A DNA stretch of 64,000 bases from Burkholderiaceae bacterium (lineage in GTDB: Bacteria; Pseudomonadota; Gammaproteobacteria; Burkholderiales; Burkholderiaceae_F). The stretch lies in NCBI GenBank assembly GCA_035625725.1, contig DASPPB010000014.1:3672-67671 (forward strand). The letters are read 5' to 3'. Both the position numbers and the translations under genes were made by a program. Below the pieces are notes generated by a model. The model was not told the origin of the DNA, searched no databases, and was given only the letters and a program-made list of their open reading frames with translations. Shown here in pieces: positions 18,525-26,792 of the stretch. Numbering within the stretch: position 1 is the first letter of the stretch; every line of letters starts with the position of its first letter.

Positions 18525-19835
18525 CTAGCCGGCGCCCAGCATTCCGGCGGCGACCGTGTCGTTGCGCGTCGCATCGACGAGGATAAAGCTCCCGGTGCAA
18601 CGAAAGCGCTCGTAGTCGTCGGCAATCACTGGCGTTTGGGTCGCGAGTTCCAGGCGAACGATGTCGTTGGCCTGCACCGGGCCGTCGTGCTCTTCCCACC
18701 GCAAGGTCTCGATGTCTAGGCGGGCAACGACGCGCCCCACCCGCGCGCGCGTCTCCTGCGTGGCTTGCCGCAGCAGATATTCGCGCTGCCGCTCAAGGCC
18801 CTGCGCGTCAAGCCAGCAGACTGTGCTCGTGAACTGCGAGGTCGCCCGCGGGGACGGTTCGTCGGCTCGGCTGAGCAAGTCGCCGCGCGAGATGTCGATG
18901 TCGTCGACCAGACTCACCAGTACCGATTCGCCTGCCACCGCCCGCTCGCGGGCCTGCGCTCCGATGGTGAGGGCCCGTACGGTCGAGCGCCGGCCACTGG
19001 CAAGGACAAGCACCTCATCGCCCCGTGCCAAGCTGCCCGATTCGATGCGCCCGGCATAGCCCCGGAAATCCGGTTCGGAAGCCCGACACACCCACTGTAC
19101 CGGCAGGCGCAAGGGTGCCTGGGCGTCGGATTCGTGCGCCGGCGCGCGCTCGAGCAGCTCGATGAGCGTCGGGCCGTCGAACCAGGCGAGGCGCTCGTCG
19201 CGACGCACCACATTGGATCCCTCCAGCGCGCTCAGGGGAATGAAATCGACCTGAACATGCAAATCGGGCTGGCACGCGAGCCAGTTTTGGAATTGCCCGA
19301 CGATCCCGGAAAAGTGCGCCGAAGAAAAACCGACCTGGTCCATCTTGTTGATTGCCACGATCAACTGGCGCACGCCCAGCAGACCCGCGATCGTCGCGTG
19401 ACGCCGGGTTTGCGCCACGATGCCCTTGCGCGCATCGACGAGCAGCACGGCCGCATCCGCGGTCGAAGCCGCCGTGACCATGTTGCGGGTGTATTGCAGA
19501 TGCCCGGGACTGTCGGCGATGATGAACTTGCGCCTTGCGGTCGCGAAGTAGCGATAGGCGACGTCGATCGTGATGCCCTGTTCGCGCTCTGCAATCAGCC
19601 CGTCGGTGAGCAAGGACAGATCCGGTGCGGAGAGCCCGCGCCGGCGCGCGTTGCGCTGCAGGTTCGCCAGGGTGTCCGTAAGCAGCGCCTTGCTGTCAAA
19701 CAGCAGCCGCCCGATCAGCGTGCTCTTGCCATCGTCGACACTGCCGCAGGTGAGAAACCGCAGCACACCCCGATCCTCGCACACCGCCCCGGCTTCCTCG
19801 TGAGCACCCTCGCCGATTGTGTCGCCACGTGCCAT
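18525..19835 (-). CDS. cysN: sulfate adenylyltransferase subunit 1 (GTPase), no APS-kinase domain
   Basis: G1 motif GSVDDGKSTLIGRL, ADSPGH and NKMD. At 436 aa it has no fused CysC domain. Confidence 0.9.
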   Translation of the reverse strand: MARGDTIGEGAHEEAGAVCEDRGVLRFLTCGSVDDGKSTLIGRLLFDSKALLTDTLANLQRNARRRGLSAPDLSLLTDGLIAEREQGITIDVAYRYFATARRKFIIADSPGHLQYTRNMVTAASTADAAVLLVDARKGIVAQTRRHATIAGLLGVRQLIVAINKMDQVGFSSAHFSGIVGQFQNWLACQPDLHVQVDFIPLSALEGSNVVRRDERLAWFDGPTLIELLERAPAHESDAQAPLRLPVQWVCRASEPDFRGYAGRIESGSLARGDEVLVLASGRRSTVRALTIGAQARERAVAGESVLVSLVDDIDISRGDLLSRADEPSPRATSQFTSTVCWLDAQGLERQREYLLRQATQETRARVGRVVARLDIETLRWEEHDGPVQANDIVRLELATQTPVIADDYERFRCTGSFILVDATRNDTVAAGMLGAG

Positions 19836-19836
19836 G

Positions 19837-20769
19837 TCAGAAATATCCTTCGCGTTTGCGCCGTTCCATGGACGCTTCCGACGTCTGGTCGTCCATGCGC
19901 GTGGCCCCGCGCTCGGTGAGCGTAGCGCCCGCGGTTTCGAGAATGATCTGTTCGTAATTGACGGCCGTCGAAGCCACCGGACAGGTGCAGGAGATGTCGC
20001 CCACCGTGCGAAAACGCACGCTTCGCTCTTCCACCTGCTCGTGGGCTGCGGCCGGCGTGAGCGCCGTCACCGGCACCAGCGTGCCGTCGCGACAAACAAC
20101 GGCGCGCCGATGCGCAAAGTACAGAGAGGGCACCTCGAGCTCCTCGCGCGCGATGTACTGCCATACGTCGAGCTCGGTCCAGTTGCTAATGGGGAACACG
20201 CGCATGTGCTCGCCCGGTGCCACGCGCGCGTTGTACAGGTTCCACAGCTCCGGGCGTTGGTTCTTCGGATCCCACTGTCCCCAGCCGTCGCGGAAGCTAA
20301 ACACGCGCTCCTTTGCGCGCGCCTTTTCCTCGTCGCGGCGCGCGCCGCCAATGCAGGCATCAAAGCCAAACTCGGCTATGGCGTCGAGCAATGTGACGGA
20401 CTGGTATTTGTTGCGCGACTCCTGCGGCGTGCGCAGCACGACCCGGCCACGGGCGATCGATTCCTCGACGCTGCGCACGAGCAGGCGTTCCCGAAGTTGC
20501 GCGACGCGCCGGTCCCGAAACGCGATGACCTCGGGGAAGTTGTGTCCCGTGTCCACGTGCAGCAGCGGAAACGGAAAAGGCGCCGGCCGAAAGGCCTTGG
20601 TGGCCAGATGCAGCAGCACGATGGAATCTTTGCCGCCCGAAAAGAGCAGGACCGGATGGGTGCATTGACCGGCAACCTCCCGCAGTATGTGGATCGACTC
20701 GGCTTCGAGCCAGTCGAGATGCGACAGGCCGCGGCGGATTGCGCCGCTTGCCGCCACGGTCGTGCTCAT
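19837..20769 (-). CDS. cysD: sulfate adenylyltransferase subunit 2
   Basis: PP-loop motif SGGKDS. ATG 20769 overlaps the cysH stop (ATGA). The stop is 1 nt before the cysN ATG. Confidence 0.9.
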   Translation of the reverse strand: MSTTVAASGAIRRGLSHLDWLEAESIHILREVAGQCTHPVLLFSGGKDSIVLLHLATKAFRPAPFPFPLLHVDTGHNFPEVIAFRDRRVAQLRERLLVRSVEESIARGRVVLRTPQESRNKYQSVTLLDAIAEFGFDACIGGARRDEEKARAKERVFSFRDGWGQWDPKNQRPELWNLYNARVAPGEHMRVFPISNWTELDVWQYIAREELEVPSLYFAHRRAVVCRDGTLVPVTALTPAAAHEQVEERSVRFRTVGDISCTCPVASTAVNYEQIILETAGATLTERGATRMDDQTSEASMERRKREGYF

Positions 20770-21491
20770 GCCGCTTCCCGCAGGCGGATCGTCCGGGTCT
20801 CCGAGCGATGCAGGCCGCACTCCTTGGTGTCAGGGTCCTCCCACCACCAGCGCCCCGCGCGGGGCTGCTCCCCGACGCTGACCGCACGCGTGCAAGGCGC
20901 GCAGCCGATGCTCGGATAGCCCTGGTCGTGCAGGCTGTTGTAGGGCACCGCATTGGTACGCAGGTACTGCCAGACCTGCTGCTCGCTCCAGTCAAACAGG
21001 GGGTTGAATTTTTCCAGGCAGTAGGCCAGATCGTATTCGCGCGGCGGTAGCGCATCGCGCGTCACGGACTGCTGCGCACGCAGTCCCGTGATCCAAGCGC
21101 GCTTGGCCCAGAGCGCGCGCGCCAGGGGCTGGACCTTGCGCACCGCGCAGCAGGCCTTGCGGTTTTCCACGGACTGGTAAAAGCCGTTGACGCCGTTGGC
21201 GCGAACAAGGTCGCTCAGCGCCTGCGGATCGGGGTGGACGGTCTCGAATGAGGCCCCGTAGTGCTCGCGTACCTTCTGCATCAAGGCGTACGTCGGCTCG
21301 GGCAAGCGACCGGTATCGAGGGTGACGATGGCAATGTCGAGGCGGCTCTTGCGGATGAGGTCGAAGACGACCATGTCCTCGGCGCCAAAACTCGTCGAAA
21401 AAACGGCGGGAGCCAGGCCGGCGGCTTCTTGCAGCAAGGCCAGGGCGGAAGCAACCGGGCTCTCCAGTCCGGACGGGGGATTCATCAGCAT
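20766..21491 (-). CDS. cysH: assimilatory adenylyl-sulfate (APS)/PAPS reductase, Fe-S cluster type
   Basis: 241 aa. A Cys pair in KACCAVRK, plus CAPC and the C-terminal ECGLH motif, is the signature of [4Fe-4S] APS-type CysH. Confidence 0.85.
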   Translation of the reverse strand: MLMNPPSGLESPVASALALLQEAAGLAPAVFSTSFGAEDMVVFDLIRKSRLDIAIVTLDTGRLPEPTYALMQKVREHYGASFETVHPDPQALSDLVRANGVNGFYQSVENRKACCAVRKVQPLARALWAKRAWITGLRAQQSVTRDALPPREYDLAYCLEKFNPLFDWSEQQVWQYLRTNAVPYNSLHDQGYPSIGCAPCTRAVSVGEQPRAGRWWWEDPDTKECGLHRSETRTIRLREAA

Positions 21492-21997
21492 GGGGAAGCT
21501 CTCCGAAAAAGAGGCAGCGGGGGATCGACCGAGCCCTGATAGACATCCGAAAACGGGGAAAATGACTGCAGGGCGCGGACGGGATCGCAGTCCGCGCGCA
21601 GTGCAAAGCTGTCAAAACCCACCCGACGCAGCGCAAAGAGCTGGTCGGGCAGGATGTCACCCAAGGCACGCAGTTCCCCGCGCCAGCCGTAGCGATTGCG
21701 CAACAGCACCGCGCTCGAGTAGCCGCGTCCGTCGGTGAATTTGGGGAACTGCACGCCAAGGAGCGCAATCCAGTGGAAAAACTCGACGGCGCACGCCGGA
21801 TCGTCGGTCGGCGTGAGCCAGATGCCGGCGCGGCCGCTGGCGCGCACGCGCTCGGTTTGCGCCACCACGAGTTCGAGCGGCAGCAAGGCACCGGGCGAAC
21901 CGTCCCATTGGGCTGCGCTGTGGATGAGGCGCCAGCGGTCCGGGACGACGCGCGGCACCCCGCCCAACAGGCGAATGAGATGCGCGCCGTCAGACAT
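21485..21997 (-). CDS. DUF934 domain protein (sulfite-reductase-associated)
   Basis: From ATG 21997: FPKFTDGRGYSSAVLLRNRYGWRGELRALGDILPDQLFALRRVGFDSFAL, the characteristic DUF934 block. It overlaps the cysI stop by 8 nt. Confidence 0.8.
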   Translation of the reverse strand: MSDGAHLIRLLGGVPRVVPDRWRLIHSAAQWDGSPGALLPLELVVAQTERVRASGRAGIWLTPTDDPACAVEFFHWIALLGVQFPKFTDGRGYSSAVLLRNRYGWRGELRALGDILPDQLFALRRVGFDSFALRADCDPVRALQSFSPFSDVYQGSVDPPLPLFRRASPC

Positions 21998-23684
21998 TTT
22001 CGAGCTCGTCGTGCGTGCACGGCGCGGTGTAGACCGCGGATTTGAACGCCGCCAGCCCCACACGCGCCAGCGTTTGGACAAAGCGCTCCTGCGGCATTCG
22101 GACAGCGGCGTACAGCTCCAGGATCGTCGCCACAACGTCGGCAACCTGCGTTGCGGCAAATGCCGGACCGATCACGACCCCGATGGCCGTGCGCGCGGGA
22201 TCCGGGCCGATCTGTCCGCCCAAGGTGATTTGATAGAACTCGGCGCCCTGCTTATCAACACCCAGGATGCCGATGTTGCCCACGTGGTGGTGGCCGCAGG
22301 AATTGATGCATCCAGAAATGTTGAGGCTGATCTCGCCCAAGTCGTGCAGATAATCGAGATCGTCGAAGCGCTCGAGCACCGCTGCCGCGATGGGAATCGA
22401 CTTGGCATTGGCCAAGGCACAAAAGTCGCCACCCGGACAGCAAACAATGTCCGTTAGCAGTCCGATGTTGGGCGAGGCCAGCCCCAGCGCGCGGGCCTGG
22501 ACCCACAACTCATAGAGCTCGTGCTGGGCAACGTCGGCCAGCACCACATTTTGTTCGTGCGTGATGCGCAGCTCGCCAAAGCAAAACCGGTCGGCCAGGT
22601 CTGCGAGCGCAAGCATTGTCGAGGCGTCGAGGTCGCCGGGCGCCCAGCCGGCCCGCTTGAGCGAGAGCGTGACGGCGGCATAACCGGGCACGCGGTGCGC
22701 GCGCACGCTGCGGCTATGCCAGCGCGCGAAGGCGCGCTCGGCCGCCATGCGCTCCTGCAGCACGCGCGAGTCTGCGGCCGGCGCCCCATAGGGGGGCGGC
22801 GCAAATCCTGTCGCGATCCGTGCGAGCTCGGCTTCGGTGACGGTGCCGGAGCCGTCTTGCAGAAAGGCGAACTCCTCATCGACTTGCCGCGCGAACTCTG
22901 AGGCGCCCAGCGCCCGCACGAGGATCTTGATGCGCGACTTAAACAAGTTGTCGCGTCGCCCATAGCGGTTGTAGACGCGCAGCAGCGCCTCGGTGTAGTT
23001 CAGCAGCTCGCGCCAAGGCAGCGCCCGGCGAACGATCGATCCGACGACAGGCGTTCGCCCCATGCCCCCACCCGCGAGCACGTCGGCCACGACCTCGCCG
23101 GCCGTATCGCGGTACAGGTAAAAGCCCAGATCGTGCATTGCCGTCGCGCAGCGATCCTCGTCGCGAGAGGCGCTGACAGCGATCTTGAACTTGCGCGGCA
23201 GAAAGGAGAATTCCGGGTGCACCGTGCTCCACTGGCGCAGCAATTCGCAATACGGGCGCGGGTCGACGGTTTCGTCCGGGGCGACGCCCGCAAACGGATC
23301 GCTCGTAATGTTGCGCACGCAGTTGCCCGATGTCTGGATGGCGTGCATCTGCACCTGGGCGAGGGCCGCAAGCACGTCGGGCACTTCCTCGATCTTTACC
23401 CAGTTGAACTGGATGTTTTGCCGCGTGCTGAAATGCCCGTAGCCACGATCCCAGGTCCGGGCGATGTCGGCCAAGGTACGGAGCTGGCGCGAGGCAAGCA
23501 ATCCGTAGGGAATGGCAACGCGCAGCATCGGCGCGTGGCGCTGAACATACAGGCCGTTTTGCAGGCGCAAGGGACGAAACTCCTCGTCGCCCAGCTCGCC
23601 GGCTTGCCAGCGCGCGACCTGATCGCGGAACTGGACAACCCGCTCGTTGACGATGCGCTGGTCAAATTCCGAGTACCGGTACAT
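21990..23684 (-). CDS. cysI: sulfite reductase hemoprotein (NirA/CysI siroheme-[4Fe-4S] family)
   Basis: 564 aa. Cys cluster CCPGGDFCALA ... SGCINSCGHHHVGNIGILG. No CysJ-like flavoprotein gene is adjacent. Confidence 0.85.
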   Translation of the reverse strand: MYRYSEFDQRIVNERVVQFRDQVARWQAGELGDEEFRPLRLQNGLYVQRHAPMLRVAIPYGLLASRQLRTLADIARTWDRGYGHFSTRQNIQFNWVKIEEVPDVLAALAQVQMHAIQTSGNCVRNITSDPFAGVAPDETVDPRPYCELLRQWSTVHPEFSFLPRKFKIAVSASRDEDRCATAMHDLGFYLYRDTAGEVVADVLAGGGMGRTPVVGSIVRRALPWRELLNYTEALLRVYNRYGRRDNLFKSRIKILVRALGASEFARQVDEEFAFLQDGSGTVTEAELARIATGFAPPPYGAPAADSRVLQERMAAERAFARWHSRSVRAHRVPGYAAVTLSLKRAGWAPGDLDASTMLALADLADRFCFGELRITHEQNVVLADVAQHELYELWVQARALGLASPNIGLLTDIVCCPGGDFCALANAKSIPIAAAVLERFDDLDYLHDLGEISLNISGCINSCGHHHVGNIGILGVDKQGAEFYQITLGGQIGPDPARTAIGVVIGPAFAATQVADVVATILELYAAVRMPQERFVQTLARVGLAAFKSAVYTAPCTHDELENV

Positions 23685-23694
23685 GCGCGATCCT

Positions 23695-24525
23695 TCAGAC
23701 CCAAAGAAGGCGCAGGCCGATGAGCAGCAGCATGCTCGCTAAGACCACCCGCAAGGTGCGCTCGGGCAGGCGCCCAGCCACGCGCGCCCCGAGGTGAATT
23801 GCCGGAAGCGAGCCGATCAGCAGGGCCGCCAGCATTTCCCAGTCGACCGTGCCCAGCGCCGCGTGGCCGAGACCGGCGACGAGCGTCAGGGGCACGGCAT
23901 GCGCGATATCCGCCGCGACGATCTGGCGCGTCGGCAACACCGGGTACAGAAACAAAAGCGCAACCACGCCGATCGCGCCCGCGCCCACGGAGGTCAAGGT
24001 CACCAATGTGCCGAGCAGCGCACCCAAGGCCAATGTCGGCGTAGCGCGCGGCTCCGGATCGCCACCGAAGGCCACGAAGCACAGCGAATTCGTGCTCCCA
24101 AGCAAGCTCCGCTCGCCGCGGACGGTTGCAAGGCGAGCGCCCCACGCCTGGATCTGCGTGCGAAAGGCCAGGGCCCCGGCGGTTAGCAGCAAAGCCAACG
24201 CAAGGCCCGGGCGCAGCACCGAGTTGAACTGTGCTGCCTCCGGCTGCCATTGGCGCACCGCCGCGAGCGTAAGCACGGACGCAGGCACCGAGCCGAGCGC
24301 CAGCCAAGACACGATGGGCCAGCGAACCTGCCCGCGTCGCGCATAGGTCCATGCACCGCCCGATTTGGTGATTGCGGCAAACAGCAAATCCGTGCCGACG
24401 GCAATCTGGGCGGGCACTCCAAAGACGAGGGTGAGCAGAGGCGTCATGAGCGAGCCGCCGCCAACGCCTGTTGCGCCGACGACGAAACCGACAAGGGCGC
24501 CGCCCGCAATGAGTTGAGAAACCAC
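23695..24525 (-). CDS. TauE/SafE family sulfite/anion exporter
   Basis: Multi-TM protein with GGALVGFVVGATGVGGGSLMTPLL. The probable GTG start at 24525 has GGAG 7 nt upstream; the track ATG at 24606 adds an Arg-rich leader. Confidence 0.7.
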   Translation of the reverse strand: MVSQLIAGGALVGFVVGATGVGGGSLMTPLLTLVFGVPAQIAVGTDLLFAAITKSGGAWTYARRGQVRWPIVSWLALGSVPASVLTLAAVRQWQPEAAQFNSVLRPGLALALLLTAGALAFRTQIQAWGARLATVRGERSLLGSTNSLCFVAFGGDPEPRATPTLALGALLGTLVTLTSVGAGAIGVVALLFLYPVLPTRQIVAADIAHAVPLTLVAGLGHAALGTVDWEMLAALLIGSLPAIHLGARVAGRLPERTLRVVLASMLLLIGLRLLWV

Positions 24526-24662
24526 AAAATTGCTCCGCAAGCTTTGTCGACAAGCAGCGCTCGCGGCGCCGGCCCGCGAGGGAAGCCGTCGGTTGCGGCG
24601 CTGCAAGATCTCGAGTTGTTTTGAAGGCTACGGGCTGGCGGCTGCTAGCGGAACAAACCGAT

Positions 24663-24698
24663 GGCTATGTCAGTATGCGGCAAGCGCATAGCCTTTTT
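24663..24698 (+). terminator. hairpin + T5 in the cbiX-tauE spacer (plus-strand terminator-like; alternatively a dyad operator)
   Basis: GGCTATG (24663-24669) and CATAGCC (24687-24693) form a 7-bp inverted repeat with a 17-nt loop, followed by TTTTT. Both flanking genes are on the minus strand. Confidence 0.3.
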
Positions 24699-24743
24699 GT
24701 GCGGCAAATCGACCGCAAGGCGCGCGCGGTTACCCCGCATCGC

Positions 24744-25127
24744 CTAGGCTTGCTGCTCTAACTGCGCAAGGATCGCGCCCACGAGGAACCCGTCCATGCC
24801 GGGCAGCTCGCTCAGCACGGGCAAAACCCGGACGTGCACCTCGGGTTGGCGTGCCGTGAACTGACGCACCACATCGGGCAGGTCCTGCGCGACGTGCCCG
24901 CCTTGCGCCCAGAAGATGGGCGCGATGTCGATGCGGCGACATCCGGCGGCGGCCAACTGCGTGAGCGCCTGCTCGAGGTTGGGGCTTTGCAACTCGAGAA
25001 AAGCGAGCTGCACGGATGTGCTCGGGCGCGCCTGCGCAAGCGCCTCTTGCAGCCGCTGCAACGGTTGCACCCAGCGCGCGTCGCGCGCGCCGTGCGCAAA
25101 CAAGATGATGGCATCTGTCCTGCTCAT
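24744..25127 (-). CDS. cbiX: sirohydrochlorin chelatase, short CbiX type
   Basis: From ATG 25127: MSRTDAIILFAHGARDARW ... IAPIFWAQGGH. 127 aa. It sits at the head of the sulfite reductase (siroheme-dependent) gene string. Confidence 0.7.
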   Translation of the reverse strand: MSRTDAIILFAHGARDARWVQPLQRLQEALAQARPSTSVQLAFLELQSPNLEQALTQLAAAGCRRIDIAPIFWAQGGHVAQDLPDVVRQFTARQPEVHVRVLPVLSELPGMDGFLVGAILAQLEQQA

Positions 25128-25286
25128 GGTTCGTGCGGCCGTGCCCTGCCTACCGCCCGTGGTAGGCCCCGATCCGTCCGGGGCTGGCAAGCTCCCGTCC
25201 GTATGTATTATGGCTGCCTGCATGCCTACCGATGTCCGGGCGGGCACCGGCGATGCGGCCGGCGAGAAAATTGACGGGAGAGATCA

Positions 25287-25766
25287 ATGGCATCTGTGAA
25301 TAAAGTGATTTTGGTGGGCAATCTCGGCCGCGATCCGGAGACCCGCTACAGCCCGGAGGGCGCCGCGATGACGAATATCTCGCTGGCGACGACCTCCCAG
25401 TGGAAGGACAAGAACACCGGGGAGAAGCGCGAGGAAACCGAATGGCACCGGGTGGCCTTTTTCGGGCGCCTCGCGGAGATCGCCGCCGAGTACTTGCGCA
25501 AGGGTTCGCAGGTCTACATCGAGGGGCGGCTGCGCACACGCAAATGGCAAGACAAGGAGACGGGCCAGGATCGCTATGCCACCGAAATTGTCGCCGACGC
25601 GATGCAAATGCTCGGCTCCCGCGCGGCAGCGGCGCCTGGCGCCGAGGAGGAGCCACGCTCCTCGCGCCCGAGCGCGCCGCGCGCCGGCGCCGGGGCGGGC
25701 AAAGCCGCTGCCAAGGAGCCGGCCGGGGGCGGCGTGGCGGACCTCGACGACGACATTCCGTTTTGA
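25287..25766 (+). CDS. ssb: single-stranded DNA-binding protein
   Basis: [20 protein letters not shown]-fold N-terminus, a Gly/Ala/Pro-rich linker and the acidic tail DDDIPF. Confidence 0.95.
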   Translation: MASVNKVILVGNLGRDPETRYSPEGAAMTNISLATTSQWKDKNTGEKREETEWHRVAFFGRLAEIAAEYLRKGSQVYIEGRLRTRKWQDKETGQDRYATEIVADAMQMLGSRAAAAPGAEEEPRSSRPSAPRAGAGAGKAAAKEPAGGGVADLDDDIPF

Positions 25767-25779
25767 AGCAGTTGCGCGG

Positions 25780-26664
25780 TCAGCTCTGCTCCGGGCGGGA
25801 GCCGTCTGCCGGTTTTTCCCCCTGCAGCAGGGCAAGGATCTCCTCGTGCAAGGTTCCGCTTGAGGCGATCAGGGATGGCTGGCTGAGCGGATCGCCTCCG
25901 CTCCAGCTCGTAACACGGCCGCCGGCACCCTCTATCACGGGCACCACCGCGGCAACGTCCCAGTAGGAAAGTACCGGATCGAGCATGGCATCGGCGCCGC
26001 CGGTCGCAAGGGCAAAATAGCCGAAGCAATCGCCCCAGGTGCGCGCCAGGGCCGCGCGTTGCACGATGCGAAGCATCGAAGGGTCGGAGTCCTCGTCGCG
26101 GGAGCCGGGCAGCGCTGTGGCCAGCACCGTGGACTGCGCCAGCGTGCGGGCGGCGCGCACCCGCGCCTGGCGTCGCGTTCCATCGGCACCGAACAAGGTG
26201 GTACCGCGACGGTGCCCGATGAGGGCAAAACCTGCGGCCGCGTGCGCGATGCATCCCAGTACCGGTCGGTGGCCGTCGCCGTCATCACGCTCCAGCGCGA
26301 TGAGCGTGCCGAAGAGAAAACAGTTGCTGATGAACGCCTTTGTGCCATCGATCGGGTCGAGGATCCAGCGATAACGCCCGCCCGGGCGTTCGCCGTACTC
26401 TTCGCCGACGATGCCGTGCTGGGGATAGCGGGTTTCGATGAGCCGGCGCAGCGCAGCTTCGGCCTCGCGATCGGCCTTTGTTACGGGCGATGCGTCTGCC
26501 TTGATGTGCACGCGCGCGCCCGCAAGAAAATAGGGACGGATGACACAAAACGCCTGGCCGATGAGTTCGTGCATGAAGGCAGTGAACTCGCGCTCCTCGT
26601 GGGCGTCCAGCGGTGCGCTAAAACACTTCCAGTTCACAGGACCTCCATCGCCCTTTGGTCTCAT
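25780..26664 (-). CDS. inositol monophosphatase family protein
   Basis: WILDPIDGTKAF and WDVAA motifs. The start is uncertain, with ATG candidates at 26664, 26703 and 26718. Confidence 0.7.
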   Translation of the reverse strand: MRPKGDGGPVNWKCFSAPLDAHEEREFTAFMHELIGQAFCVIRPYFLAGARVHIKADASPVTKADREAEAALRRLIETRYPQHGIVGEEYGERPGGRYRWILDPIDGTKAFISNCFLFGTLIALERDDGDGHRPVLGCIAHAAAGFALIGHRRGTTLFGADGTRRQARVRAARTLAQSTVLATALPGSRDEDSDPSMLRIVQRAALARTWGDCFGYFALATGGADAMLDPVLSYWDVAAVVPVIEGAGGRVTSWSGGDPLSQPSLIASSGTLHEEILALLQGEKPADGSRPEQS

Positions 26665-26792
26665 CGTGCCCGGCTGCAGACGTTTTTCGCGGACGCCGGT
26701 CATGGTACTGGCCGGCAAGCCCGCTTGGGGAGGGGCTTACACTGCGCAGTGCACAAAAAATCCTCCCGAACGCATCGGAGTTTTTTTCTCAA

